DNA of 62,934 bases, counting the filler, from Octopus bimaculoides (taxonomy: Eukaryota): the NCBI RefSeq assembly GCF_001194135.2. It is 6 parts of 4 records of this genome, joined end to end, with 100 filler letters (N's around TTAATTAATTAA, not from the genome) between each part and the next. Parts side by side here need not be neighbours in the genome. Positions count along the whole stretch, not along the records: positions 1 to 18,611 come from NC_068982.1; 5 more parts are not named here. One strand, written 5' to 3'. Of this stretch, positions 1 through 12,249 are shown one piece after another. The notes under the pieces are model-generated. The model saw only the letters and a program-made list of their open reading frames with translations. It ran no database searches and was not told the DNA's origin. Position numbers and translations under genes: made by a program. The first letter of the stretch is position 1, and the number at the start of each line of letters is the position of its first letter.

Positions 1-323
1 ATATATATATATATATATATATACAAACACATACACACTCTCTCTCTCACTGAGTGAAACAAGCACATTCATACATAGTCATGTACTATACATGCACATG
101 TGCACAAGTAGAACACATTCTCATACATATGGAATATCATGCCTACATTTACATGCGCACACATATAAGTATGCAAACAATATTCACAATATGCATACAC
201 ACGTATACATGCATATACATATGCATAAATATATATAGATATATGTGCCTATATATTTATGTGTGTATGTATATATGTATATGTGTGTGGCCGTGTATGT
301 ATATATATATATANNNNNNNNNN

Positions 324-355
<32 letters not shown>

Positions 356-884
356 TACATATATATATATACATATGTATACATGTATACATATATAGAT
401 ATATTTGTATATTTATATATATATTCATCATCATGATATATATATACACACATATACATATGTATATGGATGCCGCTATACGTATATGTATATATGTATA
501 CACATATACATGCTTATATGAAATGCAAGACTATAGATATGTACACTACTACATATTTGTGTAAACTTTTGTATCCACACATACAACCACCGATACTCAT
601 TTTCCATGTACATCCATGTATATGTAAATATAACAATACCAATGGGAGCCTCTGTGCAGTCATCCTATTCACTAGAAATAGTAGCGTGTCTACTCATAGC
701 ATCTCTTTCTTCATGAGGGGGTGAAGTGGTGAATGGGAGGGCCAATAATCTCTTCTCTTAGACAAAATTGACATGCTGCTGGAACAGTATTAGGAGAGAC
801 CAAATTATAGTAAAGCATGATATGTAAATAAGGATAATAAATGAACAAAAATATTTGCAGACTTCCATCTTTGTTTGGGATCAG

Positions 885-1085
885 TATTGGTTTCAAATTT
901 TGGCACAATGCCAGCAATTTCAGGAAAGAGGTAAGACAATTACATTAACCCCAATGCTCAACTGGTACTTATTTATTGACACGGAAAGGATGGAAAGCAA
1001 AGTTGATCTTGGTGGAATTTGAACTCAGAACATAAAGATAGCCAAAATGTTGCTAAGCATTTCGCTTGATTCGCTAATGATTCTC
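885..1085 (-). mobile_element. tRNA-derived SINE, family M (Meta-domain-like), degenerate
   Basis: Matches the family copies at 29293 and 34997 (GGAATTTGAACTCAGAAC = antisense B box; GAAAGGATG central block). Confidence 0.8.
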
Positions 1086-1500
1086 CATTTGGTGTGTTAT
1101 AATCATCAACCAGTTGTATTTCAATAATCATGAAATTGTTCACATTGCTTTCGCCCAGATCTTCCTTAAAAGCTGCCTTTAATTTAAATGTCTTAAAAAA
1201 AAGAGAAGACAGATTGGCCAATATATATATATGAATAGTCTAAAGCACAGGATTGCTACAGCTTGACCACCTGTGAAAATAATTGTCTAGATAAGGAAGA
1301 GCATTGACATAAAGAAAAATAGCAGTTGAACCTCCCATAAATCTCATACTTCCAGCTTGGATAAAGGAGGAAACATTGGAGAATAAAGCCGATGATATAC
1401 AAAAAGGTGGGATGATCAAAGGTGGAGAGTCTTTCACCAGATAACTACTTGCTCAGGCTGAACTGCAACTAAACAATAAATAACAATACTACAAATAAAG

Positions 1501-1534
<34 letters not shown>

Positions 1535-1542
1535 TCCCTGTA

Positions 1543-1742
1543 CATTTAAACACATAAGAGGTATCCATCATAGGATTCTTTGCATGCTAGAAGGAACAGT
1601 TACAATCCAAACCACTATTAGGGATAAATTTCGAAGGGAATGAAAAATAATTTATAGCCTATTGACTAAATTTTTTTTACATGCTAGGCCACTGGTAGTA
1701 GATATTTCTAATATTTCTTATTGCCTTGATATTATTAATTAT
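1543..1742. mobile_element. MITE-like element: internal core plus right ~100-bp TIR
   Basis: Core CATTTAAACACATAAGAGG...GAAGGGAATGAAAAAT recurs at 11412-11520. The right end is the reverse complement of 11300-11400 and recurs at 45125-45233. Confidence 0.65.
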
Positions 1743-2236
1743 ATATATATATATCATCATCATCATCATCATCATCGTTTAACGTCCGCTTTCCATGCTA
1801 GCATGGGTTGGANNNNNNNNNNNNNNNNNNNNNNNNNNNNNNNNNNNNNNNNNNNNNNNNNNNNNNNNNNNNNNNNNNNNNNNNNNNNNNNNNNNNNNTA
1901 TATATACAAAGGATATATAAGCATATGCATGTATACACACATATATGTACATACCTACATCTACATGTGTATATAGATGCATATTCGAATTACAGGACGT
2001 TAGAAAAATTAACTACAGACAATGGAACAAACGCATAGGAAAACAAACAAGCCACTTGTGGAATTATTCCTTCATCAGGTGCCTCTATTCGAAACTAGGC
2101 GTTTCGAAGATAAGGCAGTGATGCACTCTTAGAATAGTTTCTTCCTGAGTAGTGGATTAACCCACTAAACAGAGGATTCCAAGGTAGCAAACACAAACCA
2201 GACAGGAAAAATTGGACAGTGAAAACAACATTAAAA

Positions 2237-2320
2237 AGGGAGAATTCACAAAGAAACAACAGACGAAGACAGGTGATGTTGAAAATGAATGGATGTATAA
2301 GTATAATGCTCGGGGTATAT
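2237..2320 (-). mobile_element. 3' fragment of the Penelope-like family B repeat, stopping before the hammerhead position
   Basis: GGGAGAATTCACAAAGAAACAACAGACGAAGACAGGTG...AGTATAATGCTCG matches 12250-12330. Confidence 0.6.
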
Positions 2321-2324
2321 ATAA

Positions 2325-2692
2325 GACCAGTTGAATCGTGGCCGATGTCAGAGCCGTCTGACTGGCACTCGTGCTGGTGGCATGTAACGAGCACCATTCA
2401 AGTGTGGGCCAATGCCAGTGCTGCATGACTGGCTCCTTGTACCAGTGGCATGTAAAAAGCACCATCTGAATGTGGTTGATGCTAGTGCCGCCTAACTGGC
2501 TCCCATACCAGTTGCACGTAAAAAGCATTCACTACACTCTTGCAGTGGTTGGTATTAGGAAGGACATCTAGCTGTAGAAACCTTGCCTAATCTGATTGGA
2601 GCCTGGTGCAGCCTACTTGCTTGCCAGTCCTCAGTTAAGCTGTCCAACCCATGCTAGCATGGAAAATGGATGTTAAACAATGATGATGATGA
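2325..2692 (+). mobile_element. RTE-tailed dispersed repeat with internal 3x ~65-70-bp tandem unit
   Basis: Tail CCAACCCATGCTAGCATGGAAAATGGATGTTAAACAATGATGATGAT recurs at 1753-1812 (-), 8515-8575 (-) and 61835-61995 (+). Contains a GGTTGGTATTAGGAAGGACATCTAGCTGTAGAAA block like those in RTE-associated repeats. Confidence 0.7.
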
Positions 2693-2825
2693 TATATAGA
2701 ACACATAAATTTACAGGTATGCTCATCATCATCATTGTATACCAAATCCCCATGGCTGGAAAGAAAGCTTCTCAACCACACATCCATGTTTGTACCTATA
2801 AACATTAATTAATGTATTAGTTAGA

Positions 2826-2985
2826 TGCAGACATGGGTGTGTAGTAACAAGTTTGCTTCCCAGTGTCATGGTTCTGGGTTCAGCCCCACAGTGTGACATC
2901 TTGGGCAAGTGTCTTCTACTATAGCCTCAGGCCAACCAAAGCTTTATGAAGGGATTTGGTAGATGGAAACTAAGAGAAGCCCATC

Positions 2986-3084
<99 letters not shown>

Positions 3085-3325
3085 TATATGTGCGCGTGTG
3101 TGTGTGTGTATGTATGTGTGTGTGCGTGCATGTGTATGTGGGTGTGTGTATATGTGTCTGTTTATGCCCCCTTAATCTAGCTCTTCCGTAAAGGAGACTG
3201 ATACAATAAGTGACAGACTTTAATAATAATGACTACTAGGATTGATTTGTTCAACTAAAATTCTTCAGGGCAATGCTCCAGAATGGCCGCAGTCTAATGA
3301 CTGAAACAAGTAAAAGAGGAAAGAT
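2826..3325 (+). mobile_element. tRNA/CORE-like SINE, family C, with long internal (TG)n
   Basis: tRNA-like head, CTTGGGCAAGTGTCTTCTACTATAGCC block, internal (TG)n at 2988-3082, tail GACTGAAACAAGTAAAAGA. Confidence 0.85.
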
Positions 3326-4679
3326 AAGGCAAGGAAATGGATCTCAGTTAGTCTTTAGGATTTAACATTCACCTGTTTAATCAACCTAATTGCCTGCTCA
3401 CTAAATTAATATGTAAGTGGACGAGTATTCCACAGACATGCTTCTGTAACATAATCCTCAGTCACAATGTTTGCAATACACTGTGACAATGCTGGCCCTT
3501 TGAATTACAGACTTAAATTCACCTGACAGGGTTTCACTAAGTTTCCGTCTTTTCAGTTTTACTTATAAAGCTGGGTATAAAAAGTTTCTGCTCAGCTGTT
3601 TCGGTGCCGTCTTTTTATTTGGCATTGCTGATTCTAGGCTGACTTATTAGAAAGAAGCCATTTTAATACTTCACTTGTCCTCTCTCTTTTCTCTCTCTCT
3701 CTCTTTTCTTTCTCTCTCTCTTTTCTCTCTCTCTCTCTCTCTCTCTCTTTATCTCTCTCACTTTCTTTCTCTCTCTCTCTGTTTATGTGTGTGAGAATCT
3801 AGTTATGTTTGTATGCGTCAGTAATGCCTCTCTCTTCCTCAGCTCTCTGAGTCTCTCTGACAGTGTATGTTTCTGTATTCATGTGTATCTGAGTGTGTCT
3901 GTGTGTATGTATGTCCATATGTTTTGTGTTTGCATGTGTGTGCATATGTGTGTGTGCATGTGTGCATGTGTATATGTGTGTGCATATGTATGTGTGTGCT
4001 GTGTGTGTGTGTGTGTGCATGCATGTGTGTGTGAATGTGTGTGTATGTGTGTGTGTGAATAATCCCTGTGCCAGAATGCACTTCTGTCAAAACAGGTTAA
4101 ATGTCCACTCAGCTGTGCCAGAATTTTCACTGTCCAAACAACCATGATTACCAATTACCTCATTCCACACAAGGCTTGAACTGACCTGAGCATGTTTTAG
4201 ATGACACTTGCTCAAGAGATAGTGTAACAGAACTGGACCTGGAGATTTGTGATTGCAAGCCAAAATTCTTAACCATTCAACCATTCTGCATCCATTTATA
4301 TTTCATATTATAATTTTATATACACATGCATACACGTACATACAAGAACACTCACACATACACACATGAACACACACAATAACAGCATCATCATACATAG
4401 TCATAGAAGCAGGAAGCACTCATAAATCTCTGTGTAGTTCTTACTCCATATTCTCAACTGCATCCAATAAAAAGCCGCCTTTTTATAGGATGCAGTTTGA
4501 CACACATTGTACCAACGTTCTCCATCCAACCATTTGTTGGCCATCAGCTCTGCTCTCATCTCTTTCTGTCTCTTCATCTCTCTCTCTATCAATCATTCTG
4601 TATGTGTGTGTGTGTGTGTGTGTGTGCATATATGTAGATATATAGATGTATAAACATACACATACAAATATATACATAT

Positions 4680-4757
<78 letters not shown>

Positions 4758-4889
4758 AAGACTATTGATAAGGTTGTAAGACACAACGGAAATTTTAGGA
4801 AAATAAAAAGAAAAATAAGTGGAAATTTTACCGGTGAGTGTGTTAAATTTTAAGGCACAATAAGAAAATGACTCTCCCCAGACACAACA

Positions 4890-4928
<39 letters not shown>

Positions 4929-6796
4929 CACACACATACACATATGATTCTGTGTATATAGCTCATCATCATCATCATCATCATCCTTATTTTCCTTATT
5001 TTTTAACATCTATTTTTCCATGCTTGAATGGGTCTGACAGACACTATATGTGTGCATGTATTTGCATGTATGTATGGATGTATGTACGTATGTATGTATG
5101 CATGTATGCATGTATGTATGTATGTATCTATACATATATACTTGTATGTATATATACATATATACTTGTATGTATGTATATATACGTATATTGCCCTTTG
5201 ATAATCATGTTAGTATTTTCCTTATATATAATTTCTTGATAACTTCCTTTTTTAAACATCCTGACCCCTCCTTCAAATTGCACCTACCCATTAATAAATT
5301 GTAGTATTCCCTAGACCATTACTAGCTCAGTCTTTTACCTACCGACCCTGTAGTCCCTGATGGTAAATTATTTGCTCTCAACATATTGGTTGAGAGCTAA
5401 GTTTATTAGATTGACCCCCCCCCAGTATTCAACTGGTATTTATTTCATCAACCCCGACAGAATGAAAGGCAAAGTTGACTTCAGTGGAATCTGAACTCAG
5501 AATGGGATGACAGACAAAATGCTGTCCAGTTTTGTGCTAATGATTCATTTTGTGCTAATCAATTTTGTGCTAATAATTCTGAGTTTGTGGTGTTAGAATA
5601 ATCAATCAGATGTATTTCAATAAGTCATTAAATTGTTCACATTACTACATTCAGATTTTCCTTAAAAGCTGCCTTTATTTTCAATCAACTGAGAATATGA
5701 AAATGAATGACATTAATATAATTAAACGATTGTCAATGGCTGAGAAAAATATGCGACAAAATGCTGGGTTAAGAATCAGTGAATCATTGGATTATATTCC
5801 ATTAGTGCTGCACAACATTCTCAGAATATTCCACTCTTGTTTATCAAGGTGTATCACCCCCTAGTTGCTATATCAATCATAAGTAAACTGTGACCAGCAA
5901 GATTTTCTGAATGGCATGTCTAATATAAAATTACCTGAGATATTTCTTAAAAGATCAACCCACCTGATGATAAACCATATCTCATGTGGCTTGCTTCTCA
6001 GAGAATGCTGCCCATACCTGTTCTACATAGTCTCTCAAAACAGCTAGTAGTAGCAACCAAGGTTTCCTGAATCTCACCCTATTACTTTAACAGTGTAGAC
6101 CAAAAAGTATAAAAACTGAGAAGTCATAAATGGACTACTGATATCCTAGATTTGATCTTCAATCAGATCTGACCTGGGACTAAATAACAACAGATGCATG
6201 TAGCTTATATAATTTAAGTAGCAAAAGTACTTAATCTTTGACAGGCTCTGTAGGAATTAAATCCTAACATAGGCCTTGCATTCAGCAGCACTTTCTTAAG
6301 CCAATCAATATCACCTCATATCAATGAAGGTTTCTGATTTGTAAAAGTGAAACAACTGCTTCTATTTTTCTCACCAACATCTGTGAAATGGAATTCTGGG
6401 ATTTTGCTATGAAATTCCACAATAGAATACTGCTTGCACATCTAGGACAGTACTACTACTACTACACATGCAGATATTCAAGACTGCATCCAAGAAAAGG
6501 TAAAAGGAAACGAAAGAAATGCTATTCCTCTGATTGCCATGAAATCATTCACTAACATACTCCAAACACTTGTCACAGATGCGTTGTTCCTAACTTTGCC
6601 TCTTACTGCTACAGTTGTGGTTTCATCTATTCACATCTAGTCTTGCTCCACCTCTACCCTAGCCCACCTGATTCTCTTGTCTCTCCCCCTTTTACAACTC
6701 ATATCATCTTCTAACATACACTAACACACACACACATATATATATATGATTATCAGATGTATTTCATCATTGACATAGATGCTTCTAAGTTTCATT

Positions 6797-6886
6797 CTAT
6801 AGTGAGTTTGGTTGGAGTGGAGAAAGATTTGAAAGTTTGCTCTCAAAACTCCTGTATTCGTTCTCCAACTGTGTTGAAATGTAAAC
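6797..6886 (-). CDS. candidate terminal exon of an unidentified host gene (VYISTQLENEYRSFESKLSNLSPLQPNSL*)
   Basis: Acceptor ...tttctgcaatcacccag|G; open in phase 0 to TAG; phase-compatible with the candidate exons at 7891 and 9594. No homology recognised. Confidence 0.3.
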   Translation of the reverse strand, partial: VYISTQLENEYRSFESKLSNLSPLQPNSL

Positions 6887-6987
6887 CTGGGTGATTGCAG
6901 AAACATAAGGCTCTAGTCCCTCATGGCCCAGTCATGCACCCTCCTTCATACATGAAAGACATACAATTATGATCTTTATAATAACTA

Positions 6988-7745
6988 CATGGTGGATCAG
7001 AGAGGATAGATGTTTTTGAAAAATTCAGAAAATCATTAATTTTAGCAGCAAACAAATTTTATCGATATCGATGTGTTTGTATTGAATTAACATTTGTCAA
7101 AATCAAGTGTGAAAAACAACAGCCATCATGTAGAGTCCTTTTTCATTGATGCATTTCTGAAGGTGTTTTTGGAAGTTGGACTCCACTCTTTCCTGCACTA
7201 CTCTGTGCATAGTCCCATGGTTTCAACTGTTGCCCAATGACCAATTTCTACAGGTGGAAATGCAAGTCTTCATGCAAAATATGCCTTACCGATCGATTAC
7301 TGATGCCAGGTTCAGTGGAATACCTCTGAGCAGAGCAATTTGAACTCCATATCAAAGCTTGTCTGATGCGTTGCTCATTTTCCAGGGTCCGTACCATTCC
7401 TGGCAACCCCCCCCCCCCACCAGTTTCCTATTAATTAGTGTACCTCATGTACAAAATGCCTTCACCTAATGTAAGATTGTGTTATGGGTGGGAACAACCT
7501 GATTTCAGTGAATGTTGAAGTGGTGCCGAAACTCATGCTGAACTGCTGTGACAGACTCATTATTTTTCATGTTACTGTCATAGGCAAAGACTCGATGTTC
7601 TATTATCCACAACGCCATAGCTTCACCTAAAAATAAAAAAATTCTAAGACACCACAGACCATATGATACTTGTTGGACATATGTTCTTCCCCTGGAGCTG
7701 AGTAATAGCTATTTCAAAAACATCTGTCCTCTCTGTCCTACCCTA
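6988..7745 (-). mobile_element. internally deleted Tc1/mariner element (DUF4817-type N-terminal HTH), pseudogenised
   Basis: ~36-bp imperfect TIRs (..GAGAGGA[T/C]AGATGTTTTTGAAA) flanked by TA. Minus-strand MALWIIEHRVFAYDSNMKNNESVTAVQHEFRHHFNIH* and RTLENEQRIRQAL...GISNRSVRHILHEDLHFH with stops, joined directly to a C-terminal RVESNFQKHLQKCINE. Confidence 0.8.
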
Positions 7746-7890
7746 TACTAATATCTGCCTAACAATCTTTCTGATCTTTTCAAGTGACATCACATTTACA
7801 ACATCAGATTTGCATATTAAAGATTGAACATCTTTTTCTTAGGGCCCCAAAATATCTCAGTCTAACTAGTTGCAGACCTTATGCAATTAC

Positions 7891-7923
7891 CAAATAAGAT
7901 TCCATTGGAATTCGAGCTTGAAG
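7891..7923 (-). CDS. candidate 33-bp internal exon (LQARIPMESYL)
   Basis: tacatgtag| acceptor and |gtaatt donor; phase 0-0, open. Confidence 0.25.
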
Positions 7924-9089
7924 CTACATGTAGAATCATTGTAGACAAATTCAGAATTTGGTCATATGTTTTGATTCAAATATTGCTATATTTTGATTCA
8001 CTAGCTCATATATGAACCATTTATATTTTCCCCTTTCCCTTTAATGCTATACTAACAACCTCCTTTTCTTCACACTAGTTTCTTCCATCTCCCTTCACTT
8101 AAGCTAATTCAACATCCAAAATCCTGCACTAAACATGTTACCCAATCTTCCACAAGTCCAATCTGTCTACAAGTTTTTTGAAGTTGACAATTGTCGCATA
8201 TTTAACTTAAACAGTCTGGAAGAAGATATAAAGATTATGGGGCCGTTCCCTTTTATTCTGGATAGTTTACTAAAGATAAAGAAATTTACATCTCTTTAGT
8301 GATGTGCAAACTAAGAATGAATGTAAAATATAAGTAGAATATATATAGGCGGAGATGTGTCTGTGTGGTAAGAAGTTTGCTTCCCAACCACATGGTTCTG
8401 GGTTCAGTCCTACTGTATGGCACCTTGGACAAGTTTCGTCTACCATAGCCCTAAGATGATCAAAGCCCTGTGAGTGGATTTGGTAGATGAAAACAAAAGG
8501 AAGCCTGTCATTATCATTATCATCATCATTTATCATCATTTAACGTCTGTTTTCCATGCTGGTATGGGTTGTATTTATGTGTGCCTTTGTGTATGCTTGG
8601 CAACTGGTGTTGGTTTGTTTACATCTCTGTAACTTAACAGTTTGACAAAAGAAACCGACAGAATACATGCCAGGCTGAAAAAAAATAAGTATTGCGGTCA
8701 AGCTGCCCTACTAAACCTTTCAAGGCAGTGCCCCAGCATCATGGCCACAGGCCAATGACAGAAACAAGTAAAAGATGAAAGATTTACAAGAGTTAGTAAA
8801 TATAGTGTTTAAGCAAATATTTAAAGCGAACATGAATAGAAATAGAAATTGTCTGGAGGGGAAACTAATTACATCATATTTGCTAATATCACAGTGTAAT
8901 TAGTGTTATACTGTAAGCAATATGATAATATTCTTTGTCATATATAGACGCCTTTATATAATGATCCGACAACAATGCTTTTACAGAGTTGTTCAGTCTG
9001 CTAGAAATAACAGTCAAATTTCCTTCAAAATCACACCCTCACAACCTACTTTCTAGAAAAATATGAAATGTATTGGATAATTTAGTCAA

Positions 9090-9482
9090 TTCTTTGCTTC
9101 CCAACTGCATGGTTCTGAGTTCAATATCACTGCATGGTACTTTGGGTGCATGTCTTTTACTATAGCCTCAGGCTGACTAAAGCCTTGGGAGTGGATATGG
9201 AAGATGGAAGCTGAAAGAAGCCTGTCACATATATAAATGTGTGTGTGCGTGTGTGTGTGTGTAATCTTTGTATTTACGTATGTCACCCACCACTGCTTGA
9301 CGACCAGTGTTGGCATGTTTACATGTCTGTAACTTAATGGTTCAGCAAAAGCGACTGATAGAATAAGTACCAGACTTTACAGAAAAAATAATATATATAC
9401 CGGAGTTGATTCATTCAATTAACATTCTTCAAGGAGGTGCTCCAGCATGACTGCAATCTAGTGACTGACACAAGTAAAAGAA
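9090..9482 (+). mobile_element. SINE family C, degenerate
   Basis: Head, internal (TG)n and tail GGTGCTCCAGCATG...CAAGTAAAAGA all present. Confidence 0.8.
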
Positions 9483-9593
9483 GGAATTAAAAAATTGCAT
9501 GGGAAGTGAACTGATGGATGATGTATTAACAAAACCAAAAATTCCTTTATATCTTCCTAATTAGTCAGAGATTAATTTTCATGCTGCACATAC

Positions 9594-9633
9594 TTGTTTT
9601 GCATATATTTTTATGCAACTTTTGACAATGTGG
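9594..9633 (-). CDS. candidate 40-bp internal exon (HIVKSCIKIYAKQ, phase 2 to 0)
   Basis: Strong sites: tttttttaatacag| and CAA|gtatgt. Confidence 0.3.
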
Positions 9634-9647
9634 CTGTATTAAAAAAA

Positions 9648-9900
9648 GGTAAAATTACTTTCTCGAGTCATACTGACTCATAAGGGCTGGTTTCTCAGTT
9701 TCATGGCATATGTATTCCCTTCCTGGATGGGATGCCAGTCCATCATAGGGTTACTCGTTTTAGCTAGCTGAATGGATTGGAGTATCGTGAAATGAAGTGT
9801 TTTGCTCAAGAACACAACGCATTGCTCGGTACAGGAATTGAAACCACAATCTTATGATCATGAGTCCAATACTCTAACCACTAAACCATGCACCTCCACA
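9648..9900 (-). mobile_element. tRNA-head CORE-like SINE, third family
   Basis: Minus strand: GTGGAGGTGCATGGTTTAGTGGTTAGAG (A box), GGTTTCAATTCC (B box), GCGTTGTGTTCTTGAGCAAAACACTT (CORE-like block). Confidence 0.7.
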
Positions 9901-10231
9901 GAGATTCAGTGTGTCACCTGCATAAAAGGAATAGATTTTTGGTGCTTTGTTACATTTAAGTAGATTTAAAATGTGCACACACGTACATTTACATATAGGG
10001 GTAGGCATGGCTGTGTGGTTGATAAGTTCATCTACCAACCATTGGCTTTAGGTTCAGTCCCACTGTGCTGTACTTTGACAAGCGTCTTCTACAATTGCTT
10101 CAGGTTGAATGAAGTCTCGTGAATGGATTTGGTAGATGAAAGCTGAAAGAGACTCATCATGCATATGTTTTTTGTGACGAACAGGAGCCAAATGCACTTA
10201 CAACTTTATATCTGTTATTACTGGAATGAAA

Positions 10232-10668
10232 GGCAGTGAGCTGGCAGAAACGTTAGCACACCAGGCGAAATGCTTAGCGGTATTTCATCTGCCATTACGT
10301 TCTGAGTTCAAATTCTGCCAAGGTCGACTTTGCCTTTCATCCTTTCGGAGTCGATTAAATAAGTATCAGTTATGCACTGGGGTCGATATAATCGACTTAA
10401 TCTGTTTGTCTGTCCTTGTTTGTCTCCTCTGTGTGTAGCCCCTTGTGGGCAGTAAATAAATAAGAAACATTAGCATGCCGGGCAAAAAGCTTAGAAGGTA
10501 TTTTGTCTGTTTTTATGTTCTGGGTTCAAATTCCACCAAGGTCGACTTTGCCTTTCATCCTTTCAGGGTCGATAAATTAAACACCAGTTGCATACTGGGG
10601 TCAATTTAATCGACTGGCCCACTCCTCCAAAATTACAAGCCTTGTGCCTAGAATAGAAAAGATTATTA
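10232..10668 (+). mobile_element. dimeric family-M SINE
   Basis: Two tandem heads, each with GTTCAAATTC and GCCTTTCATCCTTTC[G/A]G blocks; same junction as at 20336-20636. Confidence 0.8.
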
Positions 10669-11262
10669 CTGGAATGAGCAGATACACACACACACACACA
10701 CACACACTGACTCACTTAGATCAAGGTATAGCTGATTTTAGAATCTTGAGCAAATAATGTGGTGCCATAATTTAATACGCTCCATTTACACACAATATGT
10801 GAGAAAAAAATAATAAAAATTTGCAAGAACATATAAGCTACATATGACAAAAAGGACAAAATCCATCTTTGCACACACACACACACACATCTTTACAGTT
10901 TTTATGCAGAGCCGATAACTCAAAGTGAAGATAAATAAATAAACCCTAAAGTTCTATTCAAGAAGTGAAAACATACATATGTATGTGCATACAAGTGCAA
11001 GGCATATCAGCTTTACATAAATGTAGCAAAGAACTACACACTGCTAGAAAACTGAAATTGATGACTACGACCAAGCAAACTCTCCTTATATATTTAAGAA
11101 CTTGTGAAGGAAACTTTATAGCCCAGAAAACTGGGATGCTGTACATATTTCTTTGGTAAACTTTTATGAAACATGTTGGAATGGAATAAGTGATTTTAGT
11201 TCAAGTTATCTTCATTTTTTTCTCTCTCTCTCTCTTTCTGTCTGTTTGTCTGCTTGCTTGTG

Positions 11263-11296
<34 letters not shown>

Positions 11297-11299
11297 TCT

Positions 11300-11520
11300 A
11301 TAATTAATAATATTAGGGCAAGAAAACGTTTAGAAATTTTTTGCTACCAGTGGCCTAATGTATAGAAAAATTAGTCAATAGACTATATATTATTCATTTA
11401 AATACAGTGTGCATTTAAACACATAAGAGGTATCAATCATAGGATACCTGGCATGCTAGAAGGAATAACCAAAATCCAAACCACTATTAGGGATAAATTT
11501 TGAAGGGAATGAAAAATGAA
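11300..11520. mobile_element. MITE-like element: left TIR plus internal core
   Basis: See the 1543-1742 copy. Confidence 0.65.
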
Positions 11521-11529
11521 AACATTTAC

Positions 11530-11613
11530 CATCTATTTCCTGGACCATGGTTTCTGACTTTGAATTAGCAAATAAAATAATTTGCTGGGCAAAGTCTTCA
11601 TCAGCAGGTACGC
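11530..11613 (-). CDS. candidate 84-bp phase 1-1 exon (VPADEDFAQQIILFANSKSETMVQEID)
   Basis: tttaatctag| acceptor and ATG|gtaaat donor; only one of three frames is open. A competing plus-strand donor (CAG|gtacgc, 11607/11608) also exists. Confidence 0.3.
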
Positions 11614-12205
11614 CTAGATTAAACATAGAAACACGAGGCAATCCAGTATGTGCTCTGTGCTTATATATTATAATTTTTCAAATACACCGCGCAAGCGCAG
11701 CAAATAGTATAATGCCGGCATTACTTCAAAAATTTGCTATCTATCTATTTATCTATCTATCTGTCTATCTATTTCTCTCTCTCACATGTGAGTATTCTCA
11801 CATTTTTGTGGATGCGTGTATGAGCGAGTGTACTTGTGCCATGCAACTTGTCCAAGGGAATTTATAAATCCATATTTGTTAACGGCTATTTTTAATTTTT
11901 TTCTCACTGTTCATTTCTCTTTTTGCTATCTGTGATTTCATTTTTGTTCTTCTATATAATGAAGATATTTCCTCTGTCTGGCTGCTTTTCTTTCTACAGA
12001 ATGAGAAGTTACATTGTGGAACTGTCATTTTAACAAGTTGTAATCATTTATCACCTGACAAGATACATCTGCACTGCTGGATGCTCCTTAACCAATTGTT
12101 GAGTGTCCCACCCATGAGGGATCAATGCTAGGTGTGTTGAAACAATTGTTGGGATTAACGATAAATTCTTGTATAGTCCATCTTCTGTCTTTCATTTGCC
12201 ATGTG

Positions 12206-12249
<44 letters not shown>

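Noticed and set aside
54-724. Many ORFs such as YIYIYI, VCVCVC, HTHTHT, SLSLSL and poly-X across the window
   Set aside because: They are translations of dinucleotide microsatellites or N gaps.
3590-3660. GAAACAGCUG with a small upstream stem (minus strand)
   Set aside because: No CUGANGA box at the right position.
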